The notes under the pieces are model-generated. The model did no database searches and was not told the DNA's origin. It saw only the letters and a list, made by a program, of their open reading frames with translations. DNA of 63,793 nt, counting the filler, from Dugesia japonica (taxonomy: Eukaryota), in assembly GCA_001938525.1 (NCBI GenBank). It is 5 parts of 5 records of this genome, joined end to end, with 100 filler letters (N's around TTAATTAATTAA, not from the genome) between each part and the next. Parts side by side here need not be neighbours in the genome. Positions count along the whole stretch, not along the records: positions 11,181 to 29,655 come from MQRL01570612.1; 4 more parts are not named here. The stretch is one strand, 5' to 3'. Positions 12,422 to 24,780 of the stretch are shown piece after piece. How positions within the stretch are numbered: position 1 is the first letter of the stretch; each line of letters opens with the position of its first letter. The position numbers were made by a program, and so were the translations under genes.

Positions 12422-13678
12422 ATGTCTAGTAGTAATATTTGTAACAATGTAGACAGTGAGAGTGCCAATGCCGCAATATTTTTATTAAGTCTTAACGATA
12501 GTTTACTGTTACCATATGTGTCATCTGCATCAAATCTATCTATAATAGAGTTTCGAATTATTTTAAAAGAAACATTAATGAAAGAGATTCCTGGTAAACT
12601 TTTATATTCCTGTAGATTATATCATATTTTCTGGACTATAATTCCACCAATAATATTACTCATTGGATCAATTGGAAATGTTTTAGCATGTATTGTTCTT
12701 TGTTGTTATCTCATCAATAAATGTTCCTCCTACATATATTTAGCTGTTATGGTAATTGTCGATGAAATAATTCTNNNNNNNNNNNNNNNNNNNNNNNNNN
12801 NNNNNNNNNNNNNNNNNNNNNNNNNNNNNNNNNNNNNNNNNNNNNNNNNNNNNNNNNNNNNNNNNNNNGGTGTTTCTAGTAGTTTAATTTCAGTATGGTT
12901 GATTGTTGTAATGACTATTGAAAGAGTTATTATTATTTATTTACCACTTAGAGCAAAACAAATAACTCAGAAGAAAATCGCCAGAGGAGTTATAAGTTCA
13001 ACGATATTTTTCAGCTCAATAGTAGCAAGTCATTTTTTCTTCACAGTTGATACTCATTTTACTAAGCAACAGTTGAATAAAACAAATCAAATCCATTCGG
13101 CAGAATGTACAGTAAAATCCCAATTTCACAATTTCTATAGAATATGGACAATTTTAGATGCATCATTGTATAGTTTCATTCCTTTTGGAGTTTTAATTTC
13201 TCTAAATGTGCTTATTGTACGAGAGATTTTACGAACGAAAAACAATCGAACATTTCTTGTAAGTAATTACAATCAAACATGTAGTAAAAGTATGAAAAAA
13301 GTTTCCACAGACACTCATCATCTATCTGTCACCTTAATATTAGTTTCAATAATGTTTCTAATAACAACAACTCCGTTGGTTGTTCTCAAGTTGTTTATTT
13401 ATTTTCGTGATAAAGAAGAAGTCTATCAAAGTGGTATTGTACAATTATTGGACGTTGTATTTGAAATGTTAATGTATACAAATCATTCCATTAATTTTCT
13501 CTTGTACTGTGCAACTGGAAACAGATTTCGACAAAATGTGATTTCTTTATTATTATGCCGGAATCTGTCATTAAATCGACCAAATGAAAACACAAAATAT
13601 GGCAGATCAACAATACAAATGTCGGAAATGGATGCAATGTTGCGTGGAAAACGTTATACGGTTTTCCAAGAAGAATAA
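12422..13678 (+). CDS. Class A (rhodopsin-like) peptide GPCR, FMRFamide/sex-peptide-receptor-like, apparently intronless
   Basis: 418-aa ORF with an in-frame N gap. Motifs: TM1 GSIGNVL, TM2 YIYLAVMVIVD, TM3 MTIERV (DRY equivalent), TM5 IPFGVLISLN, TM6 FLITTTP, TM7 NHSINFLLY (NPxxY variant), helix 8 RFR. Confidence 0.9.
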   Translation: MSSSNICNNVDSESANAAIFLLSLNDSLLLPYVSSASNLSIIEFRIILKETLMKEIPGKLLYSCRLYHIFWTIIPPIILLIGSIGNVLACIVLCCYLINKCSSYIYLAVMVIVDEIIXXXXXXXXXXXXXXXXXXXXXXXXXXXXXXXXGVSSSLISVWLIVVMTIERVIIIYLPLRAKQITQKKIARGVISSTIFFSSIVASHFFFTVDTHFTKQQLNKTNQIHSAECTVKSQFHNFYRIWTILDASLYSFIPFGVLISLNVLIVREILRTKNNRTFLVSNYNQTCSKSMKKVSTDTHHLSVTLILVSIMFLITTTPLVVLKLFIYFRDKEEVYQSGIVQLLDVVFEMLMYTNHSINFLLYCATGNRFRQNVISLLLCRNLSLNRPNENTKYGRSTIQMSEMDAMLRGKRYTVFQEE

Positions 13679-15639
13679 ATCGAATTTCAAACATTAACAT
13701 TGCCAATTAGTTAATATTTACAAGCTCGTTTTTATTTATTCAATAACATAAACAACTAAAAATAACAAACAATCTGTCAGAATGACAAAAAACGAGTGTT
13801 AACTTTGACTTTGGTTATCTCAAAGCAGTTTATCAAAAAACAATCAAATAAAAAAAAAACTAAAACAACACAAAATTAATAAAAAAAATGATTTTTTTCG
13901 TTGTGTAAAAAAAATTTCAAATATTGACTTATGAAATAGATTATTAAAAATAAATGTTTAAGTGTTACTTATTTGTGCGTGTTTGAAATTAGATTGAAAA
14001 ATTTGGTTTCATTTAAAACAAACAACAATTTACATTATAACAAAAACTAATTAATATCAGTCACATTAGAATCTAAAATAATTTCCGATTTTATTTATAA
14101 AAAAAATTAACTTTCTTTAATTATTCCTTTTCTTATAAATTTATTTTTAATTACTGATTATTTGTAGATGAAAGTAATTAATAATCTCTTATCAATTTAC
14201 AAAAAATATCAACATTCTAGTTGAAACATGTTGCAGTTTTTTTTTACTTTCATTATTTTCGTAAAATAGTTTTACAAAATTAAAAAAAATAAACAATTTT
14301 TTGTTTAAATTTATCAAAAGTAAATAATATTTAAACCAATTAATTTTAATTAATTTTTAAAAATTTATTCAATTTAAAAAATAAGTAAATTTGTTTAAAT
14401 TAAATACTTTTTTAAAATTTAAATAATAATCTTTATTTATTGATTTTTTTGATTTGAATAAATTTTCAAAATTTTTTTCATTGAATGTTTTAATTTTATT
14501 ATAAAAATTAAATTAGACTCAAAATAGTAGATAAGTTGAACCTATAGTGAAAATGCATGGTTGAGCAAATAATAATTATATGAAAAATTCAGTGGTGTAT
14601 GTTTATTTGTTTATTTGCATGTAGGCTTGTTTGTTTGTAAGTATGCTTGTTTGTTTGTACGTGATGCTCAATATAATTCCACAAATTTCAAAATTATTAA
14701 CATTAATATGAGTCCCCTGGCAATGGTTTTTGCCAACATTAATATTAAAATATTTCCATTAAATTTTTGTTTAAATTAAGTAAAATGAAGGATTTTCTGT
14801 GTTTCTTCGTGGAAAATTGGTTGAAAAGCCTGATTTTGTTTAAATTAACTACAATATTTAAATTTTAGATAAGTAACCTAACTTTCCTTGAGTGACTTAA
14901 AATATTAGATATTCCAAAATTTAAATTAATAGCTTTGAAATATGTGCTTATATAAACACAGTACTAAATTATCAATTTTTTAAATTGATCAATTTAAAAA
15001 TGATGCTATGTATCAAATTTTTGGTCCTAATGGTAATGAGATAACTCGGTTTGTAAGTTAAATTTTATAAATCAAAATTTAATAAAATATACTGGCAGAT
15101 GAAGAACACGGATTGACTCAATCAGACTTTAGACTAAAAATGGAAATTATAAATGGATTTGATGATAATTGGAGCAATAGATTGAAACCTGGTGATGTGA
15201 TTGTTGTTCATGATTTATACTTTGAAGCAAACCAGGAAAAGTATTTTAAAAATTTATTCACAAAATATGAAAAAAATTTAATGTGACTGATTTTCATTAC
15301 TTAAAATCTATTTCACCATGAAGGGGGTCATATAACACGTATTTTAAATGTAAAATTCTTGGTTCTGTTTAAAAATTCAAGATATAAACAGTGGTTGCCG
15401 GGCAGTTCATAGTTGAACATTCAGTGCGGACAATTCGTGGTGAAATATCTTCCTACGATCAACGGCAAAAATTAAATATTTATATTTTTATTTCAAATTT
15501 TGTAAGTTATGTTGAGACAACATAATTACTGACAAATTTTAATTATCAATAATGTTTTTTGCTAATATTGTATAAATATAAAATACGATATATCGTTATA
15601 GAGAAAAATGTAATTGCTAATAAAAATAAAAATGAGAAA

Positions 15640-16420
15640 TAGATCAGGTCGATTCTGGTTGGCTTATTCTGGTCTATTTTTGTACAATTCTGGTGATATT
15701 GGTAAGAATTTCCTCGAAATGTTCCATTTTAGATGGTTTTGGTTGATAATTTCTCCAGTATGGTCAATCTTTGGACAACTTTGGTAAGAGATTTGCACAA
15801 CATTGTCATTTTTGGTCGAATTTAGGTTATTTTGTTTAAATTCTGAGGTTTCTAAATTTACAGGAATTCGTCGGAAAAGTCCATTTTGTTCGAATATTTA
15901 AAATATTTTAAAAACAATTAAATTTTTTATGGGAATTCGGGTAATCCAACCCAATTTTCAAATTTTTCTAAAGATTTTTTATCAAACTTTTTACATTAGT
16001 TGACGCAGAATTTGATGGGAATCATTTTTCAAAACGATTTTTCGAAAAGGTTTTTCTACTTAAAATTTAAAATTATCATGTATATTCGATAGAGGATTTT
16101 TTGCTGAATAATATAATCATAACTTAAATCGCCAAACATTATCCTGAATGAAATAAATGACATTTTGTCTCAAAAAATTTTAAATTTCGAATTTTGACGC
16201 TCAAGTTTCTTGGCTTACATAACTTGTATGGCTTCAAATTTATTATCCTTTTACTCAAAATTAAAAACTGACTGATAGCGTTAAATCTTCGTCTTTGGAA
16301 AAATGTGTCCTAACAAAGATAGACAACTATCCTTCGGGATTTGGAAACTTTTTTCAAAAAACAAAAAAAATTCTTCTTTTACCTTTTTCAGACTCTAAAA
16401 ATTTTAGAACATGATCTACT
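15640..16420 (+). repeat. Dispersed non-autonomous repeat, copy 1 (copy 2 at ~59400-60320)
   Basis: Shares TTTTGGTCGAATTT-rich subrepeats and the blocks GA(C/T)GCAGAATT...ATCATTTTTCAAAA, TATTCGATA.A.GAT.TTTTGCTGA and AAAAACTGACTGA with copy 2. Confidence 0.65.
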
Positions 16421-17039
16421 GAATACACGTTAATTAAATATGTTTTAAAACTAAATTTACTTCTATAAAACAGAAAACGATTTTAAAAAATCCTTCAAAA
16501 TAAATTTATATTATTCATAATTATTTTCAGAAAATTTAAAATTTTTAAACATTATAATTAATTTTTATGTACATAATAATGAGTTCAAACCTTAATTTTA
16601 AAAACGATTTAAAATTATCTATTAAAATCCATATAGGAAAATTTATCAAAATCAATTTAATTGGTATATAATTACTGTTAAAATATTAAAATATTAAAAT
16701 ATTTAAATATGTATTGTCCGCGACGAATTTTCCAGTAACAAAAACAGGGGTTTATTTTTTTTTGGCAAGACAACTTTTTATGGATTCATTCAAGTTCTGC
16801 AAAAATAAATACACATTTTATAATTATTATAAATACACATGTTTATATTTTTCTTGAGTTTATACAACATTGTCATCAATCATCCTAGAACCTGGGCGGT
16901 ATCAGGACAATATCTACCCAGGACGATTTCCCCANNNNNNNNNNNNNNNNNNNNAATGGTTCTAGGGAATATTTTCCAGTGGGATATTGTCCAGGTGGAA
17001 ATTTTCCAGGGAGATATAAATGTAAAAATAAATTTATAA

Positions 17040-18130
17040 AGCGTTGTGAATTGTATTCGGAAGCTAAAAACATTACCTGCATGAAACAACAGGATAGATT
17101 AGTTTCTTGTTTGCTAGATGATGATTTGTTAGAAGAATATGTGAAGGCACTTAAAAGGATTGATGGGTTTAAAGATCCTTTATGGTTAGAATTTGAGAAA
17201 AAGTAAGATATTATCAAAGATTTTCAAAATTTAATTGACTACGGACATTCAAGTTTGTTTTAAGAATATAAAAGATTTAGTGAAAATATTATTTAGAAAA
17301 AAAGATTTTACAGAGAAAAAATTGTAGCAAAGATCCTAGTATAATGGTCAGATAACAAAAATGTTTAAGAAGAAGTGACTTTGCGGAAACGACAGAATAT
17401 AGAAGAAATTTAAGAAACAATGACGTTAGTAAATCAAATAGAAAAAACAGATATCAAATTGATGCAATTAGAACTTATGCCAGAGATAAGTTGAAATTAT
17501 CCAGATGAAGCTATCCAGAACATTTTTGAGAATAATATTATTTAGAAATGCAACTCTCCATGGTATACCTCCCACTTATTTGTGTTTAGAAAATCAAACA
17601 AAAGAACATAAAAATATGTTTGGATTTAAGCCAATTGATCGGACTAAAAAAGGACATCTTTTCCCGAGGCCTAACGCTAATGAAATGCTGGACAAGTAGG
17701 ATAGAGCAAATATTTTCGGTTCAATTTTGTTAAGAAATTTGGACTATCAGATTGAGCTCGAAGATGAGTCTCAAGAAAATACGGCGTTTTCAATGAAGCA
17801 CGGGCGATATTAATTTAATAGAATGACATTTGGGATTGTAGTGGCACTGGGAACATTTAAGAATATGACGACAAAAGTGGTAGGCGGAATAAAAAGAGCC
17901 ATGGCTTATCTTAATGACATTCTGATATTTAAGAACAATAAAAATCAACACTATGAAGTAATTGACAGAGCATTGATAGAAATAACGAATGCTTGTTTAA
18001 GAATTATTCGAGAAAAGTTTCAGCTTCTTCAGAGCAAAATCAAATTTCGTGGATGTATAATTAACTGGGATAATGTAAGAACTGGTTCATCTAAAAAAGA
18101 AGTAATACGAATCATAAAGAAAATATGATT
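17040..18130 (+). mobile_element. Decayed Ty3/Gypsy reverse transcriptase fragment, copy 1
   Basis: FPRPNANEMLDK*DRANIF...YQIELEDESQENTAF...Y*FNRMTFG...AYLNDILIF...KIKFRGCII are the Gypsy RT motifs, with YxDD mutated to YLND. Confidence 0.85.
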
Positions 18131-21100
18131 GTTGGAAAGTCATATGAGAAAGAGTTACAAGTTATTCCACTATCTATAGTATTTAGAATATTATAGATTA
18201 TCAGATCAAAAGAAATTGGAAAATATCAACAATTATATGTAATGTGGCATGTAAATGAAAAACCATGTTGAATAAAAGAGTCACAATTAGTTAACAAATG
18301 AACACATAAAATAATTTCTATACTCTTTTACCAAGTAATCGCTGTCCACGTATAATAAAGACAGTAGTTTCAATGTTGAATTTCAAAATCCAATGTAATT
18401 AGATAGTTAATGTGAAATAGCCTTGATTGACTTTACCTTCAAATATTCAGTCTTCAAATTATTTTACAAATCATAAATCAAATATGTTACAGATGATGAT
18501 AATGAGAGGATTGTAGAAATTATAATCAATAACAAAAAAAATTGATGGTTGACTTTCATGTTGATTTTGATATTATTTTTTAAAAGGCTCTTATAAGTCA
18601 CTTTAAAATTCTATTATTGTCCTAAAATTTAGAAGTTGCCAAAAGATTTGGATTTAATACTCTAAAGATTGAAATAGGTACAGATTTTGTTATTCAATAT
18701 CAAGACTTTAAAAACAATGATTCGATAGAAACTAATAAATTCGTATCTTTTCAAAACGAATATTACATATCAAATTTGTATGAATTTAGTCGTTTCATTA
18801 CAAAAAATATGCAAAAATATGTATGTATTCAAAACACTTATTATAAAAATGAGGAATTATTCTGATTTTCGTTGTTAGAAAGTGTTAAAAAAGTTACATT
18901 TGAAAATCTCTTGGTAAAATCATTAGGATTAAACAAACAAATATATACTCATTGTTAGATGAGTTTTGAGAACTCATCAGATTATCAATATCAAAATTCA
19001 ACCACATAAAATTTATTTCAAAATAAAACTATAACATCATTTTAATCCAAACAAATTTAAAAATTCATATTTAAAAGCGGAAAATACTTAATATTTAAAT
19101 TCTTATATTTTATTGATATCTAATTTTAAAACACTAAAATAAACATTTTTCATTCATTTAATTGTATATTTTATTATATTTGAAATATATTTTGATTGTT
19201 AAGTTTTATTAATATTAAATTTTAAAACACTAAAAGATTTTTCATTCATTTAATTTTATTTAAGATTCTTTAAATTTAGTAATTTATTTTATAAATTATT
19301 TTCTTGATACAAATATACTTTTGATTTTAATAAATTCCGTTTTAAAAATAAAAAATTTAAATCTGTTTTTTAATAAAACTATCTTATACTTTTGATTAAA
19401 GAAATGTAGTCCATACTGAATTCATTGGTATTAAAAATATTCAAAATTAATCGCCAATCCACATCGAAATTTCACCTATAGTAATATTGTTGAACCTAAA
19501 ATTGTTGGCGATGTTAATATTTCTTTGTTGAAATTTGTACGGTTGGAAAGTTATGCAGATGATTAAATCATAAAGTCAATACCTTTAACAACAAAGGAGT
19601 TTAACGATAATAGAATAGTTACATTAAATGAGATTTTACCATAAATTTACTTGCATTTAGGCGTGCAAGAAACAAGCATTTATATTGTAGCGAGAATTAA
19701 GCATATTTAGAGAAAAGTAAAATTATATTGCTATAGANNNNNNNNNNNNNNNNNNNNNNNNNNNNNNNNNNNNNNNNNNNNNNNNNNNNNNNNNNNNNNN
19801 NNNNNNNNNNNNNNNNNNNNNNNNNNNNNNNNNNNNNNNNNNNNNNNNNNNNNNNNNNNNNNNNNAATATCAACTCCTAAATCATATTTTTTTACTATAG
19901 GTCCCTTACACCAGTGTTCCCAAATCTTTTGTGTCCATCGACCCAAAAAGTAAAGAGAAAGTTATAAGCGACCCAAGTGTTTTGAAATAATAATTTTAGA
20001 CAATGTATAGGTAACTAACAAAATCCAAGTATTCTAATGCGCTGCTACCTCTCCCATCAAAGGTCGAGCATGTTTTAAAAATGTAACATTATATTTCAAT
20101 AAAGAATAAAATTCTCCGCCCAACCATACCAAATTTAAAACCATACAAAAAAATTTCAACGAAAAAATTACAAACCAAAATTTGAATTTTTGAACTTCCC
20201 GAGACGATATTCAACCAATAAAATTCGAAATCCAAAAACTTTTTACGTAATCTTAACGACCACTTAAAATGCTCAAACTTTCAAAACACTGTCCGATTTG
20301 ATATTATCTATCTACTTACTGCAAAGGATTGATTCACAAAGTTCCCAAATGGTACATTCCACCTTCTAGATACTAACCAATCCTGTCGACTATCAAAGCT
20401 CGATGAGGACAATTCTTTTGTTCTCATAAAAGAGGGTAGATATCAAACCTCCAAACGATGAGCAAAAATTCATGGACAATTTAATTAGACTGATCAAACT
20501 TAAATTATTGTAAAAAGAATTGTTCTAAACAAATATTTTAAATTATTATTAAAACATTATTTGATTTTCATTAAAGTATCGTGTTTTCGTATTTTAATAG
20601 AGAAGATTATTTGTAAGAAGTATTGTCTGAAAGAAAAATTTATAAATTATTGAAAATTATATTGTACATTTGTTCATTTATTAATTAATATAATAAAATA
20701 ATAAAATATTAAATATAATAATATTAGTTAATATTATTGAATTTTAAATAATTTTCTCTTCAAAAATTAGCTTTCAATAAATAAATTAATGTTTTTGATT
20801 GACTAAGTTTCTCTTTTAGAAACAAACTATAAAAAAATTATCTCTTGGTATTCTACTCGATAGTAAACGTCGTTAAGGAGTCAGGAAATGATTGAAGAAA
20901 ATAAACAAATAAATAAAGAAATGCATTCCAAATGAACAAAGCATAATAATCAAAATATCAATTGAAATGATATAAAGCATATAACTTATAATAAAAAAAT
21001 AATGAATCCTGACAAAAAATTATTAAGTATAATTAAATTAATTAAATTCTTAATTTTTATTGCTGCTAACAAAAAATAATTAATTAAATAGTAAATTCAA

Positions 21101-22974
21101 TTTACATAAATTGCTAACAAATAATCTACTTCACAAAATTTCATCAAAAAATCGTCAACTTAATATTTAATTATATATCATTATATTTTCACTAGTTATC
21201 CGTATTTAATAACAAAAATAATTTCAAAACGCGTATTAGATTGTTAAATATTTCAACGAGGTCTTCATGAGGAACGATTGATCAATTCATTCTGGCCGCA
21301 AATTCCTAATAACAATCCAATTCAAAGTAGTTTTATTAAAATCCATTCTCATTGGTTTAATCCATTTAAAATGTTTTCGTTTAATTTACGCAAGTATTAA
21401 AATAAATATTTTAACTTGTTAACCATTGATTTATATTCATAAAATGTTTTTAAAATGATTTATATAATACTGGTGGTCTGCTTTTNGGCCTTTTTGTTTG
21501 TTTTGTTGCTGATTAAGAATACCGAATAAACTATGCAGCTTCTCCCAATATTCAGAATGTAACTTATTTTATCTGTTCTAGCGATTTTTTTATCCATATG
21601 TGATATAATAATCGGCTTTTTCATTTGACAAGCAGAAATTCATTCTTTTTTACCCGTCTCTATTTCATTGTACAAAATATATTTTTAAGTTTCTTTTTAT
21701 TTTATTTAACATTCTTGTTTCCATTTGTTGATTTATCGAATCATCGTTTCTCATATGTCATTTCATAAGCATTTCACATTTCAACCTTCTTAACATACTC
21801 ACTTTAATATACAATATCTATTCTTGCCATAGAATACGAGCCATTTGCAATGACTTTTTTCTTCATTTTATTGTCTTTCTGTGATAAAATTTCTCCAATG
21901 GTTTTGAAACCAACTTTGCTATACAAAATAAAATCTTTATTCAAATACGGAAATCCATAATTCGGAGTTCTTGACAAGTTTATCTTTAGTCCTTCAAAAA
22001 TTGTATCGAGTTCTTCTGTTCAAACCGATTTTTCATTATTTAGACAACTACAAAATTATTTCTATTTCCATGCCTTGCTCGCATATCCTTTTATAAACTA
22101 CTTGCATTTGCATACGCATTTCGATTTTCCGAATATTTTGGTAGCATCTATTTGTGCTGGATATCAATTATAATATGCATCACTCTGATCAATTTTCTTG
22201 AAAGGTCACCATTCAAAGCGGTATTCTATTTCAAAAAATTACTTAGTTAAAAATTCAGTCTTTTCCTGTGACTTTTCATAAACTTCCACTTAATAATTTA
22301 TATTCTTTGAGCCGATCTTACTAGAATAAACAAATAAACTAGTGGTAAGATAATAAAAACAATAACTATGATTTCCTAGCCAATCCCTACTTTATTTTAA
22401 ATTTCAATATTTTTTTTATTTAAACACATTACTTAAAAATACAATTTATTGCATTTTTTTCATTTGAAAAGGGTTAAGTAATTCATAATCAAATCAAAAG
22501 CAGTTTTAAATTATTTACAATGTTTATTATCTGATATTATTAAGTAAACAGTAGAGTCTTATAAGAAAACATTTGATAATTAAAATCCGTGATTATATTT
22601 GGACGTTTAAAGTTGTGAATTATACTCAAATCAATTATCCTAAATACTTGGAGAACCGTTGGTTTTATTTACTGAAATAATATTGTTTTACTAGTAACAA
22701 TTATTAATATTATTATTTTAATAATTGTAATTATTATTAATAANNNNNNNNNNNNNNNNNNNNNNNNNNNNNNNNNNNNNNNNNNNNNNNNNNNNNNNNN
22801 NNNNNNNNNNNNNNNNNNNNNNNNNNNNNNNNNNNNNNNNNNNNNNNNNNNNTATTATTATTATTATTATTATTATCATTATTATTATAAAGGAAAAAAT
22901 AAAAAATAATTAAAATAATTGCAACCCATAGAAATTGTTGAAATTAAGTAAAAATAATTATTTAGTTTCTTTTT

Positions 22975-23970
22975 CAGATAAGTTTTTAATGAAGCTATTC
23001 AGAACATTTATTATTTAGAAATGCAACTCTCCATGGTATACCTCCCACTTATTTGTGTTTAGAAAATGAAACAAAAGGACATAAAAATACGTTTGGATTT
23101 CAGGAAATTGTTCGGACTAAACAAAGACATCTTTTTTCAATGCCTAACGCTGATGAAATGCTGGACAAGTTAGATAGAGCAAAAAATTTCTGTTCCATTT
23201 ATTTGGGAAATTTGGATTATTATATTGAGCTCGAAGATGAGTCTCAAGAAAAACGGCGTTTTCAATGAAGCACGGGTGATATTGATTTAATAGAATGACA
23301 TTTAGAATTGTAGTGGCACCGGGAACGTTTTAGAATATGACGACAAAAGTTGTAGGCAGAATAAATAGAGCCGTTGTTTATCTTAATGACATTCTGATAT
23401 TTAAGAACAATAAAGATCAACCCTATGAAGTTATTGACATAGCATTATCAACAGCAAGTAAAAAGAAGATAAAGACATTAGAAGCTACCAATTTATTTAA
23501 AGTGATATTCACAGATATATGTGGGCCAATGCGGGAAACAAGTGGACGAAAAAATAGATGCTTAGAATAATAGACCAGTTTAGTAAATATCTGGTTTTTA
23601 AAGCACTGCCTAGACAAGACGAAAAAACAATACGAAAAACTATTTTTGAGCAGTGGATTTTGAGATTTGAATGTCCTAGAGAAATAAGACTAGGTTGTAA
23701 ATCTCTCTAGGATATAAATCCAGAGTTATGGGAGAGTTGGCACAGAAGTTAGACATTACACTTTAGTTTTTGAGTTCCTATCATCACAATGTAAAGAGAA
23801 AAAATTCAGAGACAGTTTCGAACCATTCGAGATTTAATGCAACACTTCAGGAAAGAAAGACAATAGATTGAGTAGATATTTTACCGGAAATTGAATTTAA
23901 AATGAACCCAACAAAGAAAAAGACGACTGGAAAGAGTCCGGCTTAGATAGTATTTGGAAAGAAATTTAGA
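22975..23970 (+). mobile_element. Decayed Ty3/Gypsy RT (copy 2) joined by deletion to an integrase core
   Basis: Close to 17500-17970 at the DNA level (also YLND). It continues into FKVIFTDICGPM...DQFSKY...EQWILRFECPREI, the integrase core region. Confidence 0.85.
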
Positions 23971-24469
23971 AGATTTTATTTATTTATTATTATAAATTTG
24001 TTTATTTATATTTATTTATTAATTAATTATAACCATCTTCATATTTTCTTTGTATTTAAAGTTTCATTAAATTTTATGTAATTTCTTTAGAAATTGATCT
24101 ACTCAATAATGAGTTAAAAGAACGGGATATGAAAAACTATTAACCATCAACAGACATATGTAACTGTAAAATACATTCTCTTTTTCAAAATCAAAATCAA
24201 CACATAATACATTTGGGAATATCATTGGAGATCTATAGTAGACTTAGAGAATTATTATAATGTGTTTGATTTGATTGTGCAATGGTTGCAAGCTAGTAAA
24301 AGTTGTTGCTTTTCTTAGGTGTATTTTATTTATAAATAATAACAATTTTTAAAATAAAAATATACTGTGTCGTTAAATAACCAATAAGCAACTGGCTTAT
24401 TTCATAAATACAAAGAAGATTAAATAAAATAAGGATACCGACAGAGTTAAACATAATCGATTATCAAAA

Positions 24470-24780
24470 GCAAGTTTTCATCCAATAAAAAGATGAAAAA
24501 ATGGTAGAGTTACTATGGAAGCAAGAAATACAGAAGCAGTGAAAAAAAAGTCAAAAAATTGAACTAATGTTTCTTAGAGCAAGTCTATGGGGTTTGTCTA
24601 TTAAATAGATTTTCCTATACCTTTATATCTAATAGATATAAAGTGAAAATTCGTAAATTCATGTCTGTTGTAAAAACCGCAATGTAGCCAAATAAATATG
24701 ATAATGAAACGAAATAATGGCACCTCTAGAATTTAAATCAATTTGGGTTCCTCTCATTAGGAAAGCAAATTAGATATGTA
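24470..24780 (+). mobile_element. Possible 3' fragment of an RTE-like non-LTR retrotransposon
   Basis: Decayed translation with QKIELMFLRAS and IWVPLIRK resembles the C-terminal region of RTE-clade ORFs. The similarity is weak. Confidence 0.3.
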
